DNA of 64,000 bases from Candidatus Methanoperedenaceae archaeon (GCA_963753595.1 CAVWCX010000030.1:1-64000); one strand, 5' to 3'. Counted from the stretch's first letter, positions 28,152 to 39,244 are shown. Made by a program: numbers and translations. Notes: generated by a model from the sequence alone, not told the origin.

Positions 28152-29033
28152 TCATTTATCTATCGATATCAATGTTACATTGAAGATAAGGGTTTTTCCT
28201 GCAACTTCAGGGTTCTGGTCCATAATTACTGATGTCTCATTGAAGCTGATCTTCATGTCCGTCATCTGGCCGAACATGCCAGGGACTTTAACCCTGGTAT
28301 CCGGAATACGGTTATGCCGCAAGGTTATATTCGTAGCATTCACATCAACCACTGTTGTGGTAAACGGAGCACCCTCTAACTGTATGACCTCATTAATAGT
28401 AATATTTGGTTTTGTAGTAATGTTCTTATCATCAATTTTTATTACAGTTTCATTCCATGGCGCTCCTGAATTCCAGATATTGAACCCCACGGTCATATTA
28501 TATTTCAATGATACTTCTGAGGTAATATTCATGATGGTACTATTGATATTAGTATCAGGGATCGTAATAGTGTCCCCCACAGAATGATTTGGACCAAAGA
28601 ATTGCTCAAACTGGCTGATCGGTATTTCAAATACTCTGGGAATCACCCTTGTTGCCGGAAGCTCCAGGATTATTGGACTGACCTGGATATTGCGAGGATC
28701 TACCATATAGCCTTTTTCCGGAGGGATCGTTAAAATTCTTGTTTCTCCTTTTTTCATTCCGATAACCCCGTCATCAAATCCTTCTATGACCTGTCTCTTT
28801 CCCACGGTAAAAGGGAGCGGCTCATAAGTCGCACCCATAGTGAATAAATCATTAGCTTTAGCAACACTTTCAATCGAAGTATCAAAAACTTTCCCGTCCT
28901 GGAAACTGCCAACATAATTAACGGATATATTATCCCCCTTTTTTACTGTTTGTCCTGTTTTATCCACACAGCCACTGAATAATATTGCGGCCGCTAATAT
29001 AAGAATTAATAATTTTTTCATGATATCGCTCAT
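28152..29033 (-). CDS. FKBP-type peptidyl-prolyl isomerase lipoprotein with enlarged insert
   Basis: Lipobox LFSGC, VNYVG..VFDTS, VIEGFDDG, IPPEKGY, NPEVAGKTLIF. Confidence 0.88.
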   Translation of the reverse strand: MSDIMKKLLILILAAAILFSGCVDKTGQTVKKGDNISVNYVGSFQDGKVFDTSIESVAKANDLFTMGATYEPLPFTVGKRQVIEGFDDGVIGMKKGETRILTIPPEKGYMVDPRNIQVSPIILELPATRVIPRVFEIPISQFEQFFGPNHSVGDTITIPDTNINSTIMNITSEVSLKYNMTVGFNIWNSGAPWNETVIKIDDKNITTKPNITINEVIQLEGAPFTTTVVDVNATNITLRHNRIPDTRVKVPGMFGQMTDMKISFNETSVIMDQNPEVAGKTLIFNVTLISIDK

Positions 29034-29114
29034 CCAGAGTGATGATAACGTATAAGTAATTTGTGATTATTCATAGCAACATATTTTAAATCCTTTGTTC
29101 ATCAGGAACCAGAT

Positions 29115-30140
29115 ATGGAAATTTCGTCATTTATGCCTTTAATAACATTGAGTGCCAGTTTAATAATAGCTGCTGCAATAAGTGTAATAATAAAGATCCT
29201 GCAAAAAAGAGCCGAAAAGACAAGTACAAAGATTGATGATATAATTCTTCATGCGATAGGAAGACCTCTTTACATACTTGTTATTGTTGCAGGCATTTAT
29301 TACGCCATCCACCAGACTCCCTTCCTGGCAGATCAGATAAATATATATGACAAGGATTACGGGATTAGACGCTTCATTATCACTATCTTTGTAACGTGGA
29401 TCATAGCATCACTGGCAAAAAAGATAATTAAAGAGTACGGTTACGAAATTGCTGCAAGAACTGAAGGAGATACAGATGACAGGCTTGTGGCACTTGCGGA
29501 TATGTCTGTAACTTATATTATCTGGTTTTTAGGCATTGTGACTGCCCTGTCGGGTATCGGATATGAGATTACACCATTCCTCACAGGCATGGGAATTTTG
29601 GGTCTTGCAGTCGCTCTTGCTGCCCAGAACCTGCTTTCAAACGTTTTTGGGGGCGTGACCATTACCCTTGACCAGCTTTATAAAGTAGGTGACAGGGTAG
29701 AAATGGGCGGGGTTTATGGGGATGTATATGAAATAAAACCCAGGTATACAAAGATAAAAACATTGAATAATACCATTATTACAATGCCCAACTCCAAAGT
29801 GATCAATGAACAGATAATTAATTATGCATTTCCTGATACAACAGTGAGAGTCAAGATACCGGTTAATGTCGCATGTGGCACAGATCCGAAACTGCTGGAG
29901 AAAATCATACTTGAGATCGCAGGTAAAACGCCTCTTGTCCTTAAAGAACCAAGGCCTATCTTGCGTTTTATTGAATATGCTTCATCGTCCCAGAACTTTG
30001 AATTGATCGTATGGGTGAGGCATTATGATGACAGGCATCCGGTCCTTGACCATGTTTTGAGGGAGATGTTCTTACGCTTTAAAGATGAAGGCATAGAGAT
30101 ACCATTTAACCAGATGGATGTGCATATTAAGAAAGATTAA
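29115..30140 (+). CDS. mscS: Small-conductance mechanosensitive channel
   Basis: GILGLAVALAAQ..SN, VGDRV, MPNS, GIEIPF. Confidence 0.9.
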   Translation: MEISSFMPLITLSASLIIAAAISVIIKILQKRAEKTSTKIDDIILHAIGRPLYILVIVAGIYYAIHQTPFLADQINIYDKDYGIRRFIITIFVTWIIASLAKKIIKEYGYEIAARTEGDTDDRLVALADMSVTYIIWFLGIVTALSGIGYEITPFLTGMGILGLAVALAAQNLLSNVFGGVTITLDQLYKVGDRVEMGGVYGDVYEIKPRYTKIKTLNNTIITMPNSKVINEQIINYAFPDTTVRVKIPVNVACGTDPKLLEKIILEIAGKTPLVLKEPRPILRFIEYASSSQNFELIVWVRHYDDRHPVLDHVLREMFLRFKDEGIEIPFNQMDVHIKKD

Positions 30141-30141
30141 A

Positions 30142-30570
30142 ATGGATTTAACACGAAAATCAATACTCACAGCAGGCTGCGCGGTTGTATTAACATCAGG
30201 ACTGATAATTCTTCTTGTTCTTCTAACCGCATACCCATTGTCCTATTTTTCAATTCCTGTTCAAAAACTTATCCTGATCCTGGTTTTTATTTTTCCATTA
30301 ATTGCTGCAATACCTCTCATTTTTAAAAAACTAAACCAGCTTCCAGATGAGAAAAAGATACTTGGCTGGACGTTTATGGGACTCGGGGCGGAATTTATCC
30401 TGTTTCCGTTCATGCTTTTGATCTATATTTTTAATTTTTCATCGGTATTTAGCATAATTATTGGAGGGACAATTATAATGCTTTCACTAATATTTGGATT
30501 ATCTGCCGGCTTAATTAGTATTGTAACAGGGATCTCACTGGTCAATAGAAAAGAAAGAGTAAAGCCTTAA
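30142..30570 (+). CDS. Membrane protein
   Basis: 4 TM helices, follows mscS. Confidence 0.65.
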   Translation: MDLTRKSILTAGCAVVLTSGLIILLVLLTAYPLSYFSIPVQKLILILVFIFPLIAAIPLIFKKLNQLPDEKKILGWTFMGLGAEFILFPFMLLIYIFNFSSVFSIIIGGTIIMLSLIFGLSAGLISIVTGISLVNRKERVKP

Positions 30571-30593
30571 GGACTCTAAAGTAAAATATAACA

Positions 30594-30944
30594 ATGAAAA
30601 ATATGTCCGATGATGATGAACTTGCTCAAATAAAACAGAAGAAACTCGCTGAATTGATGAAGCGCCAGCATGATGCTGTAACCCCAAAACGCCAGATCGT
30701 GATTGAAGTATTCACATCCCCGACCTGCCCTCACTGCCCCACAGCTGTTCAGATGGCAATGGATGTTGCTTCACAGACCCAGGGTGTCCAGGCATTTGAG
30801 ATTTCAACAGGTACACCCCAGGGTTTTGCTAAAGCGGCGCTTTATGGTGTTAAGGCTGTCCCAACAGTATTCATTGACCACAAATGCGCTTTTGTTGGAA
30901 CCCCGCCATCTATCGAAGCATTGCGAAAGGCATTGAAAATTTAA
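30594..30944 (+). CDS. Thioredoxin/glutaredoxin-like protein
   Basis: FTSPTCPHCP, YGVKAVPT. Confidence 0.88.
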   Translation: MKNMSDDDELAQIKQKKLAELMKRQHDAVTPKRQIVIEVFTSPTCPHCPTAVQMAMDVASQTQGVQAFEISTGTPQGFAKAALYGVKAVPTVFIDHKCAFVGTPPSIEALRKALKI

Positions 30945-31402
30945 ATATCAAAAAGGATCTTCTCAAAATTCCCATCTTTAAGGCCCTTAAACTCAACTCC
31001 GCCTTTCACTCCTGAAATCTCAACGCCGTCAAACTCACCGGAGCCGCACAAGACATCCTGCTCTGGGTGGGTTCCCGGAGTGATGCTGCAGCTTACCCGC
31101 GTCCTGTCCCCGGCTGAAACAACTATCTTTAAGCGCTTTGACGCCGGATGCTTTTTAGAAAGGGCAATAAAAGGTGAGCCAACTTCACGTATCATAAAAA
31201 GAATACATTTCAAACCTTTTATTATAGTTTCACCAGTCCCGAAACCCGATGCTACGAGTAAATCTTCCGGTTCAAGGGCAAGAATTATTTCCTCTTTATC
31301 AGTTTCAAGGAAGAATTGTTTATTTTCTCCTACTTTGACTATTCCGAGTGTCCCTTCTTTTCCCCGTACAAGGAGCAATTCTTGAGTATTTAAAGGGATC
31401 AT
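30941..31402 (-). CDS. Conserved hypothetical protein
   Basis: Likely start ATG 31402 overlapping stop of upstream zinc-ribbon ORF; HPASKRLK..CSITPGTHPEQDVLC. Confidence 0.7.
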   Translation of the reverse strand: MIPLNTQELLLVRGKEGTLGIVKVGENKQFFLETDKEEIILALEPEDLLVASGFGTGETIIKGLKCILFMIREVGSPFIALSKKHPASKRLKIVVSAGDRTRVSCSITPGTHPEQDVLCGSGEFDGVEISGVKGGVEFKGLKDGNFEKILFDI

Positions 31403-31560
31403 TCTTCCGTGAACATAGGACTGGTATTTCTTGACTGGCATGACGGGCACATCACTTTCTTCCCGACACCTCTGAACTCGTTTTTGCAATCACCGCATTT
31501 ATAGAATTTTGCATTTAACTGCTGGACCTCAACATTGAACGCATCACCGACACTGCACAT
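31399..31560 (-). CDS. Small zinc-ribbon protein, 53 aa
   Basis: Not in track: GGAGGTGA RBS, MCSVGDAF...YKCGDCKNEF..VMCPSCQSRN. Confidence 0.75.
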   Translation of the reverse strand: MCSVGDAFNVEVQQLNAKFYKCGDCKNEFRGVGKKVMCPSCQSRNTSPMFTEE

Positions 31561-31614
31561 GCTTTTTCACCTCCGTAATAATCATACATGTTTTATCCTG
31601 TTCTTATATTAACT

Positions 31615-32106
31615 TTATGCAAGATATTTGTTGATATGCCGCTCATAAACCACTGCCTCCACTGCTTTTCCTGACCAGAACTTAATAAGTTCCCCTCTGT
31701 TGATTACCGCTGTCAGTGGAAGTTTCTTCTCTTGGGCCTCTTCGTGGAATATTATCTGGTAAAGCCCTCCTTCCGGCCTATCCTCGATTACCTCAAATAT
31801 TTCTATCCTGTTCCCGTATTTTTCTTTGATTTCAAGTATGTTTGGCTCATTGCTTTCACATATCCTGCATTTATCCTCTCGCATCCGGCTGCGCCTGATA
31901 TTCAGGAAAACAGGGATTTCTATTTCATTTATTCTCTTGACAACAAGGGATATCTGGCTGTATTTTTCATCCACGAATTGCTCGATAAAAACCTTGAAAT
32001 CGACCCTTACCTCATCAACTGTCATTGAATTCTTTTTTGCCAGCGCTTCGATAAATCTCTGTTTGAAGGATTCTTTATGTGCCGTTAAGAGGTCTGTCAG
32101 GTTCAT
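31615..32106 (-). CDS. Hypothetical protein with C-terminal thioredoxin-like CxxC
   Basis: CRIC ... LPLTAVINRGELIKFWSG. Confidence 0.65.
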   Translation of the reverse strand: MNLTDLLTAHKESFKQRFIEALAKKNSMTVDEVRVDFKVFIEQFVDEKYSQISLVVKRINEIEIPVFLNIRRSRMREDKCRICESNEPNILEIKEKYGNRIEIFEVIEDRPEGGLYQIIFHEEAQEKKLPLTAVINRGELIKFWSGKAVEAVVYERHINKYLA

Positions 32107-32155
32107 AGTAATTGATCAGGAATATAATGCCTGATGATTAAAAGGTTTTGATAGA

Positions 32156-32171
32156 TAAAAAAAGAAAAAAA
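32156..32171 (-). terminator. Oligo-T terminator after hdrD
   Basis: A-rich run on + (T tract on -) just after hdrD stop. Confidence 0.5.
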
Positions 32172-32182
32172 GTAGGTCAAAC

Positions 32183-33595
32183 CTACTTCTTTGGAGCATC
32201 CTTTGCAGGAGCTTTGGGCGCTTCCGTCTTCGGGGCTGGTGCTGCCTTTGGCTCTTCCTTCTTTGGTTCAGCCGGCGGTTTGGGCGGGATCGTCTGCGTC
32301 CTGAAGAGGTCGCTTATAGATTCCTTTGGAGCGCCTGGTGCGGGTGGTTTGACATCGGTGCTCAAGCCCATCAAATTAGCTGTGAGAACTACAAGATCGT
32401 CCACGCTCATGTCCAGTTTGAGTTCATCCCTGCCGTCAAGAAGGTTTCGCCTGCAGAACGGGCATGTGCTGATCAATGCTTCTGCGCCTGTTTCTTTCGC
32501 ATCGTTCATTCGGCCCTTTGCTACGCCAAGAGCAAGATCGGGGATGCCTGCTTTTACGCCTCCGCCTGCGCCGCAGCATCTCTGTTCCTTGCGGTTTCGT
32601 TTCATTTCCACAAGTTTGATGCCTGGCATGCTCTTTATGACTTTCCTTGGCTCTTCAAATACACCAACGTGTCTTCCAAGATGGCACGGGTCATGATAAG
32701 TGACAGTTTTATTAAGGCTCTTTTCCCACTTTATCTTACCTGCATCAAGCTGTTCGGCCAGGAACTGTGACATGTGGATCGCCTCAAATGGAAGCGGTTT
32801 TCCGTATGCTCGCGGCCAGTCGATCTTTGCTGCCCTGAAACATCCGGCGCACGCAAAGATTACTCTCTTTGCGCCTCTTGCTTTCAAGGCTTCAACATTA
32901 TGAATGGCAGCTTTTTTCGGGGTATCGTTTATATGCTGCTGGCCTGTTCTTATAAGAGCTGAACCGCAGCACCATTCCTCCTCGCCGAGGACCATGAACG
33001 GAACATTGAGTTTATTCAATATCCTTGCAGTACTGACACCAAGCACCTGCTGGTTGTATCCTGCGGTGCATCCTATGAAATATGCAATATCGGATTTTTC
33101 AGCTATCTTGATTTCCGGGGTCATCCATGCAAGCCTGTCTTTTTGCTGCTTCATGTATGGATTATGTCCTTCTTCAATGAGCTTTGGGAAAAGGCTCTGC
33201 TTGCCAAAAGGACCTGTTCCGTACTTAACGAGGTTCGCTCTTGTGGATTCCCAGAGTTCTATCGTGTTGATGCCGGCGGGACATACTGTTCCGCACATTC
33301 CGCAGGTTGTGCAGTTATAAAGATCATCAGTGAATTTCTTGATCTCTTCCTGGGGGATCTTTTCTGGCCCGAAAAGCCTTGCCTTGAGGCCATAGCTCTT
33401 GTTCATGAAATCTTTCCATTTCTGGATCTTATCCCTTGGCTCAATGTCCTGGTTCTTATCCCTTGCATCATACGTGGGGCAGTATTTTACGCACTCGCCA
33501 CACCTTGTGCATGCATCGAATTCCATTAACTGGGCTGCTGTAAAATTTACCGTGTTTATTGAAGGTTTCTCTTTAGCCAATTTACTCGCCTCCAT
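32183..33595 (-). CDS. hdrD: CoB-CoM heterodisulfide reductase subunit D
   Basis: CTRCGEC..CP, CTTCGMC..CP, two CCG domains ([25 protein letters not shown]). Confidence 0.92.
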   Translation of the reverse strand: MEASKLAKEKPSINTVNFTAAQLMEFDACTRCGECVKYCPTYDARDKNQDIEPRDKIQKWKDFMNKSYGLKARLFGPEKIPQEEIKKFTDDLYNCTTCGMCGTVCPAGINTIELWESTRANLVKYGTGPFGKQSLFPKLIEEGHNPYMKQQKDRLAWMTPEIKIAEKSDIAYFIGCTAGYNQQVLGVSTARILNKLNVPFMVLGEEEWCCGSALIRTGQQHINDTPKKAAIHNVEALKARGAKRVIFACAGCFRAAKIDWPRAYGKPLPFEAIHMSQFLAEQLDAGKIKWEKSLNKTVTYHDPCHLGRHVGVFEEPRKVIKSMPGIKLVEMKRNRKEQRCCGAGGGVKAGIPDLALGVAKGRMNDAKETGAEALISTCPFCRRNLLDGRDELKLDMSVDDLVVLTANLMGLSTDVKPPAPGAPKESISDLFRTQTIPPKPPAEPKKEEPKAAPAPKTEAPKAPAKDAPKK

Positions 33596-34370
33596 GGTTG
33601 ACCAATATGGTCAAGGGTGCTGTTATCATATGGAAATACTTGCTAAATGGAAGATAAGCAACACAGAATAGCAAAGTGAAGACCTCATGGAACATTACAG
33701 TGATGTTATTGAAAAATGTAGGTGGATATGCTTCAATTAATTCTCTGGTGACATCTCCTCTTAGGAGCTGGGCGTAAAATCCTGTAATGACAACAATTAG
33801 CAAGCCCAATATCAATATCCAGTCAATATCGGCGTTGCGTGCCTGGACATCTTTGCCTGTTGAGAAGAGCCGTCTTGCTATAGCTATAACTATGCCCAGA
33901 ACAAGCATATAACCAAAGATATCATTTGGCAGTTCAAGAGATTTCCATACACCCACAAAGTAGGTATAGTCCTCGTTCAACAGGAACGGCCCTGCAAACT
34001 CAGCCGCCGCAGCAATAATAGTTAATATCAACAATCCGATCCAGCCCCAGAAGATCAGGATATGCATGAACCATTCAAGTTTCCTGCGCCTGTATGTCCT
34101 GCGCTGGAATGCCACATCCAGAATTAATATTTCAAGGGCATGTCCTAAACCTTTTTCAAATATTTTGCTAATTATAAATTTAAGGGCGCCCCATGCACCA
34201 TAAGCTTTTGTAGCGCCTTCGGGGATTCCGCGGCCCCATTTTTCTAATTGTATGTAAATTCCAACAATGAACAGGATGATAGATATGATCGCTGCGATAA
34301 CCATGATCCTGTAATCGATGAAAAGTGTATCGAATACCGTTTTACCAAATATTGTAAGGCCTTCTGCCAT
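33582..34370 (-). CDS. hdrE: Heterodisulfide reductase subunit E (cytochrome b)
   Basis: 5 TM NarI-like, [21 protein letters not shown]; upstream of hdrD. Confidence 0.88.
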   Translation of the reverse strand: MAEGLTIFGKTVFDTLFIDYRIMVIAAIISIILFIVGIYIQLEKWGRGIPEGATKAYGAWGALKFIISKIFEKGLGHALEILILDVAFQRRTYRRRKLEWFMHILIFWGWIGLLILTIIAAAAEFAGPFLLNEDYTYFVGVWKSLELPNDIFGYMLVLGIVIAIARRLFSTGKDVQARNADIDWILILGLLIVVITGFYAQLLRGDVTRELIEAYPPTFFNNITVMFHEVFTLLFCVAYLPFSKYFHMITAPLTILVNHGGE

Positions 34371-34533
34371 TTTATCCTCCTATTATAGCCTGACGGCTTT
34401 CTTTCCCCTAAGAATCTATGTAATATTAAGCTTTCTATATGAAGTCAGGATGTTGAATCCGATATTTTTCGGATTTAGACATTATGAGGTCATGACACAT
34501 GTTTTATTATCTTACAAAATAAAGAAACTCATA

Positions 34534-35751
34534 ATGCTGGAACTCTTTAATTCTCTTACCAGAAAAAAAGAAACATTTGAACCTTCAGGAGACATAGTCG
34601 GAATATACACATGCGGTCCCTCTGTTTATCAGTATGCACATATCGGGAATTTCAGGACTTTTGTGTTTGAAGATGTGCTTGTAAGGTACCTGAAGTTTAA
34701 AGGTTATAAAGTAAAAAGAGTGATGAATCTTACTGACATTGAGGATAAAGCAATAACCACTGCAAAACATGACGGAAAACAGCTTTCTGAATTGACAGAA
34801 TATTATTCAAAGATTTTTTTTAAGGATATGGAAACCCTGGATCTATTGCCAGCAGATGTTTTTCCAAAAGCCACAGAACATGTGCCTGAAATGATCGATC
34901 TTATAAAAAAGATAATGAAAAATGGTTACGCTTACCGCGGAGATGACGGTTCAATTTATTATGATGTCTCAAAATTCAAAGATTATGGTAAACTCTCACA
35001 CCTTAAGCTCAGGGCAGGAAAGAAAAAAATAAAACGGGACGATTGGGGCGAAGATACTTCAATTATCTCGGATTTCGCTGTCTGGAAGTCATATGAGAAA
35101 AAAGACGGGGATGTTTTCTGGGAAACTGAACTTGGAAAAGGCAGGCCTGGCTGGCATATCGAATGCTCTGCCATGGGTTCAAAGCATCTTGGCAAACGTT
35201 TTGATATTCATGTTGGAGGGATTGATAACATTTTCCCGCATCATGAGAACGTAATAGCCCAGAATTTCGGGGCATTCGGTATTAATCCGTCCAGATACTG
35301 GCTTCATTGCAGGCACCTCATGGTTAATGGCAAAAAAATGTCAAAATCAGCAGGGAATTTCTATACACTTCATGATCTTATCGATAAAGGATTCAAACCT
35401 ATGGCGATAAAGTATCTGCTGCTTTCCATGAACTTCAGGCGAAGGCTGAATTTCACATTCGATGGACTCGGGGAAGCCACCGAAAAATTCGACAGGATCT
35501 GTGCTTCGATAAAACGCCTGAAGATACAAAATGGCAACGATGATATCCAGAAGATCGTAACCAAAACAAGAAAACAATTTGAAAATGCGATGGATGATAA
35601 CCTGAACACAGGAAAAGCTCTGAAAATTATGGAAGAATTCACAGATGAAATAAAAAATATTAATCCTGACAAAGCATCCACACAAAAAATCCTGGGATTG
35701 TACAGGATTTTTGATTCCATTTTCGGATTACAGCTATTTACATCCTTCTAA
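34534..35751 (+). CDS. cysS: Cysteine--tRNA ligase
   Basis: [32 protein letters not shown]; start ATG 34534. Confidence 0.95.
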   Translation: MLELFNSLTRKKETFEPSGDIVGIYTCGPSVYQYAHIGNFRTFVFEDVLVRYLKFKGYKVKRVMNLTDIEDKAITTAKHDGKQLSELTEYYSKIFFKDMETLDLLPADVFPKATEHVPEMIDLIKKIMKNGYAYRGDDGSIYYDVSKFKDYGKLSHLKLRAGKKKIKRDDWGEDTSIISDFAVWKSYEKKDGDVFWETELGKGRPGWHIECSAMGSKHLGKRFDIHVGGIDNIFPHHENVIAQNFGAFGINPSRYWLHCRHLMVNGKKMSKSAGNFYTLHDLIDKGFKPMAIKYLLLSMNFRRRLNFTFDGLGEATEKFDRICASIKRLKIQNGNDDIQKIVTKTRKQFENAMDDNLNTGKALKIMEEFTDEIKNINPDKASTQKILGLYRIFDSIFGLQLFTSF

Positions 35752-36085
35752 TTTGCATCTCATGCTTCTTGGGCTGAAGCTGCATAAGTAGCGACTTAAG
35801 TTTTGCATCATCAATCTTTCCCGCAAGCCTTCCGCTCTGGGCAAGTGACACAAGCTGTGCCTCAACATTTGCCACAAGCTCAGGCTTTGTCATCTTAAGA
35901 GTGTTCAATCTCTCTCTTGCTTCAGGCGTGAGGATCTGGCGCATGATAGCCTGCTTTTTAGCCTCATACTCAGCACGCGCCTGCTCCTGCTGTGCAGCCT
36001 GTGCCTGGCCTGAATACTGTTGCTGTTGTAATTGCTCAAGCCTTCTTCTTTTTATTTCTTCCAGATCCTCATCCATATTGATCAA
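35738..36085 (-). CDS. PDCD5-like double-stranded DNA-binding protein
   Basis: LEEIKRRRL...[22 protein letters not shown]. Confidence 0.92.
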   Translation of the reverse strand: MINMDEDLEEIKRRRLEQLQQQQYSGQAQAAQQEQARAEYEAKKQAIMRQILTPEARERLNTLKMTKPELVANVEAQLVSLAQSGRLAGKIDDAKLKSLLMQLQPKKHEMQIRRM

Positions 36086-36108
36086 TCTCCGTAATTACTA
36101 CGGTCCGC

Positions 36109-36558
36109 CTAATATTTTGCAAGAGCCGGATTGGTTTTTACAAGTTCGGATTTGACTTCATTTGCTGAATTATCCATGAAAGCCTGGCCTGATGGTGAAA
36201 TCATCCTGCCTGTCTTCTGGTTTTTCACAAATCCTGCCTTTTCAAGCTGCTGCAATGCTTCTCTTGCAATAGAGCCGCTTCCTTTGGCATGATGGATAGG
36301 TTTATTTCCATTCCGATGGCGTCCGCCATAGAAACTCCGAAGTCTTGAAACCCCGACCGGTCCGTCTATATAGACACGTCTTAAAATTGAAGCGCATCTT
36401 ACATACCACCAGTCAGCATTATCCGGTGAAAGCTCTTTATAAGCGCCTGTTTTAACAAAACCTGCCCACTCGGGCGGTTTGGCTTTCTCGTTCGTTTTCA
36501 GTTTCTGCGCCACATTGTTTATGAGCATTTCTGCGGGCACATCATATATTGTTGTCAA
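36109..36558 (-). CDS. rps19e: 30S ribosomal protein S19e
   Basis: PEWAGFVKTG, WWYVRCASILR, GSGSIAREALQQLE. Confidence 0.97.
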   Translation of the reverse strand: MTTIYDVPAEMLINNVAQKLKTNEKAKPPEWAGFVKTGAYKELSPDNADWWYVRCASILRRVYIDGPVGVSRLRSFYGGRHRNGNKPIHHAKGSGSIAREALQQLEKAGFVKNQKTGRMISPSGQAFMDNSANEVKSELVKTNPALAKY

Positions 36559-36644
36559 GTTAGTCCTCCGTAAAATTATCTTTATATGTAATCAAGATAG
36601 TCCCTTGAATGATTCAAGGGTCTTATTTAATTATCGTATAGTAT

Positions 36645-36899
36645 TTACCTTTTTCGGCAAAAAACCGCCGTATTACCCCTGACCTCAATAAGTTCTGAAT
36701 TTGAAAGGTCAGCAAGTTTTTGGGCCAGTTCTTTTTTTCCAGTTTCAGCAAACGCAGATTTAAGAATTTTAACTTTTACCATATTCCTGTTCTTCAACTG
36801 GATTTTTAACTCTTCAACCACAACGTCGATGCCTGATTTCCCCACATGTAACGTGGGTTCAATAGATGTGGCTTCTGCTTTTTTTTCCTGTTTGTTCAT
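36645..36899 (-). CDS. YhbY/CRM RNA-binding protein
   Basis: PTLHVGKSG..VKVKILK..VRGNTAV. Confidence 0.9.
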   Translation of the reverse strand: MNKQEKKAEATSIEPTLHVGKSGIDVVVEELKIQLKNRNMVKVKILKSAFAETGKKELAQKLADLSNSELIEVRGNTAVFCRKR

Positions 36900-37264
36900 G
36901 TTAATATCTCTTTTAACTTTTTCGCTGATTTGTCCAGTTCCAGAAGTATCAAACCCAACCCGATATTCGGGCTTGCAAGAAGAATCAGTAAGGCCTTGGG
37001 TCCTGCTCCTATTACAATTAATTTTCCATGATCCGATTCAACAATAACCCTTGTCGGTACGCCCATTTCAACATGCGTTGTTGCAGTCTCAGCTGCTCCG
37101 AGCATCGTGGCAGACATCGCAGCCAGCGATTCTACATATTGTTCTTTTTGCATAATAGCCCGAATGAGCAATCCATCACGGCTTGCGGCGGCACATGCTA
37201 TCACACCGCCTACATTTTTCAGATCTGTCAGCAGCTTATCTACCATTTCTATAGTATCGGACAA
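36896..37264 (-). CDS. Roadblock/LC7 (MglB-like) protein
   Basis: SRDGLLI..AAMSATMLGAAE..NIGLGLI. Confidence 0.9.
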   Translation of the reverse strand: MSDTIEMVDKLLTDLKNVGGVIACAAASRDGLLIRAIMQKEQYVESLAAMSATMLGAAETATTHVEMGVPTRVIVESDHGKLIVIGAGPKALLILLASPNIGLGLILLELDKSAKKLKEILT

Positions 37265-38434
37265 TCAGTTCCCTCCCGTGATCCTATCTATTAATACTTC
37301 AAATGCTTCAAATACCCCGATCTTATCTTTTGCTACTGCACGAACGATAGGTACGTCCTCTGGTAGATGGAATTGTTCCCTTATTTCTTCAGGAGTTAAT
37401 GCTCCCGGCAAATCCTGTTTATTTGCGACCACAACATATGGAAGTCCATAGGACTTTGTAATGTCAAGCATATGCTTTGCCCGAATAAAATCAGAAGGAT
37501 TTGTTGAATCCACAATAAGAAAAACACCCATCGATTCACCGCTGAGCAATTTTATGATCGGATCAAACCGTTCCTGCCCCGGTGTCCCGAATATATCGGC
37601 GCTAAAACCCTTATAATTCACATGACCGTGGTCCATGGCAATAGTTGTACCGAGCCTGTCAACTGATATCGCCCGCGTTGACAGCGCATGGACAAATGTG
37701 CTCTTTCCGGCATCAAAAGGACCTGTGACAAGAATTTTAGGTATAAATATCTTTATCCCGCCCGGCCTTAAAACCCTGAAAAGCATTGATTTCCTGGATG
37801 CCTCTGCCCAATCTGATTTCAATATTCCAAAATACTGGCCAAAGATAACACGTTCAGCTATTCCGCCGATAGAAATAATTGAATTAAAAAGGTCTCCCTT
37901 GATCAAATTCAATGTTTCATCAGAATAAGGCCACGCCGTGAAATTATAAACGATGGTATGATCATACAACATCGCCATCTTATTCCATGCCCTGACCGCT
38001 TCAATTGTTTCTTTCTCCCCGCACAGGTCCATTATTGTTGAAAGAGAACCGAAAACAATAGTACTTGGCGGTAATTCTTTTATAATATCCATTATTGTCT
38101 TGTCAAAATCTTCTATCTTATCAGGATTTGAAACAACATACTTTTCATTAGATTGAGCGCCTATTAAAGGATTATAGGAATCTACAAAGAATAATTTATC
38201 TTTGAATGCACTAATATCCCAGCCAAACTCTTCAAATTGGCCTTTAACAATATCAGGTATAGTGCTTGATACCACAAAAACGCATTTTCCTCCCGTCTTA
38301 AGCGTGCCATAAACGGTCTGCAAGCCAAAAATCTCACCTTCAACACCGGGCTGGCTATAATAAACAAGACTCTTACCTTTCGGGATACCGCCCCCAAGAA
38401 TTTCATCCAGCTTGGGGATACCTGTCTCTACCAT
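37265..38434 (-). CDS. Degenerate KaiC-like domain fused to MglA-like small GTPase
   Basis: TGIPKLDEILGGGIP with broken P-loop; C-terminal GPFDAGKST, GTPGQERF, NKQD. Confidence 0.88.
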   Translation of the reverse strand: MVETGIPKLDEILGGGIPKGKSLVYYSQPGVEGEIFGLQTVYGTLKTGGKCVFVVSSTIPDIVKGQFEEFGWDISAFKDKLFFVDSYNPLIGAQSNEKYVVSNPDKIEDFDKTIMDIIKELPPSTIVFGSLSTIMDLCGEKETIEAVRAWNKMAMLYDHTIVYNFTAWPYSDETLNLIKGDLFNSIISIGGIAERVIFGQYFGILKSDWAEASRKSMLFRVLRPGGIKIFIPKILVTGPFDAGKSTFVHALSTRAISVDRLGTTIAMDHGHVNYKGFSADIFGTPGQERFDPIIKLLSGESMGVFLIVDSTNPSDFIRAKHMLDITKSYGLPYVVVANKQDLPGALTPEEIREQFHLPEDVPIVRAVAKDKIGVFEAFEVLIDRITGGN

Positions 38435-38435
38435 T

Positions 38436-39146
38436 TCAATTTCCCCTTATGATCTTTATATTATGACCATCGATCTCATATTCAAACCATGGGGTTGGTT
38501 TTTGAGATATTCCGACTACTCGTATGAAATTTTTATCCTCCGCAGATTTTATCTCGATCATGCCGTCAAACAATTGTTTTAAAGTTGCGATTGCCTGGTC
38601 GTCATGCATACCGCTCTCTATTACATAAATTCCCAGAGCACCCGCTGCTTTAATACGGCCGGTAAAAACATGAAGGAACCTGAAAACAGTCTGAATATTT
38701 GAGTACATTAATATTGTTGAGAGTGAATTTATATATAACTGGATCTTCTGGGTATTCTTTTTCATAAAGAATTCCTCAAAAAACTGGCTGATCTTAACTC
38801 CGATACCTGTAAGATCAACAGGACTGCTTGCGATTTTGATATTCTCATTTTCAATCGAAGCGCCGCCAAGAGTTTTTGTAACACAGTCTATTATCCCGAT
38901 CCTTGACATTGGAAGATTCAAATTGTGTTCCTTGAACCATTCAAGAATATGGACTGCGGATTCACGTGTAGTGACTGTAATAATTGCATTTTCATTTTGT
39001 ACCACGCCATTATACATGATGTGGTTCAAGATGGCTTCCTTCCCACTCATAGGTGGTCCTATAAGCATTATATTCGAACCTTTTTTTATGCCTCCAATCG
39101 CATCATCCAGTTCCTTAATACCTAGTGTATAATCGCTCATTGTCAT
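38436..39146 (-). CDS. KaiC/RAD55-like ATPase (paralogue of 16833-17537)
   Basis: GPPMSGKE; long identical blocks shared with 16833 gene. Confidence 0.87.
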   Translation of the reverse strand: MTMSDYTLGIKELDDAIGGIKKGSNIMLIGPPMSGKEAILNHIMYNGVVQNENAIITVTTRESAVHILEWFKEHNLNLPMSRIGIIDCVTKTLGGASIENENIKIASSPVDLTGIGVKISQFFEEFFMKKNTQKIQLYINSLSTILMYSNIQTVFRFLHVFTGRIKAAGALGIYVIESGMHDDQAIATLKQLFDGMIEIKSAEDKNFIRVVGISQKPTPWFEYEIDGHNIKIIRGN

Positions 39147-39244
39147 CGTGCTTATGATGCTATTAGGATTTTGATGTATATAAATCCTAACAAGGGTTTT
39201 GAAAAAGTTATAATTATCATGCAGTCAATAACAATACTCAAGAT

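Noticed and set aside
32148-32696. Long antisense ORFs (e.g. 32148-32696, 27468-28082, 57231-57749)
   Set aside because: Shadows of well-supported opposite-strand genes
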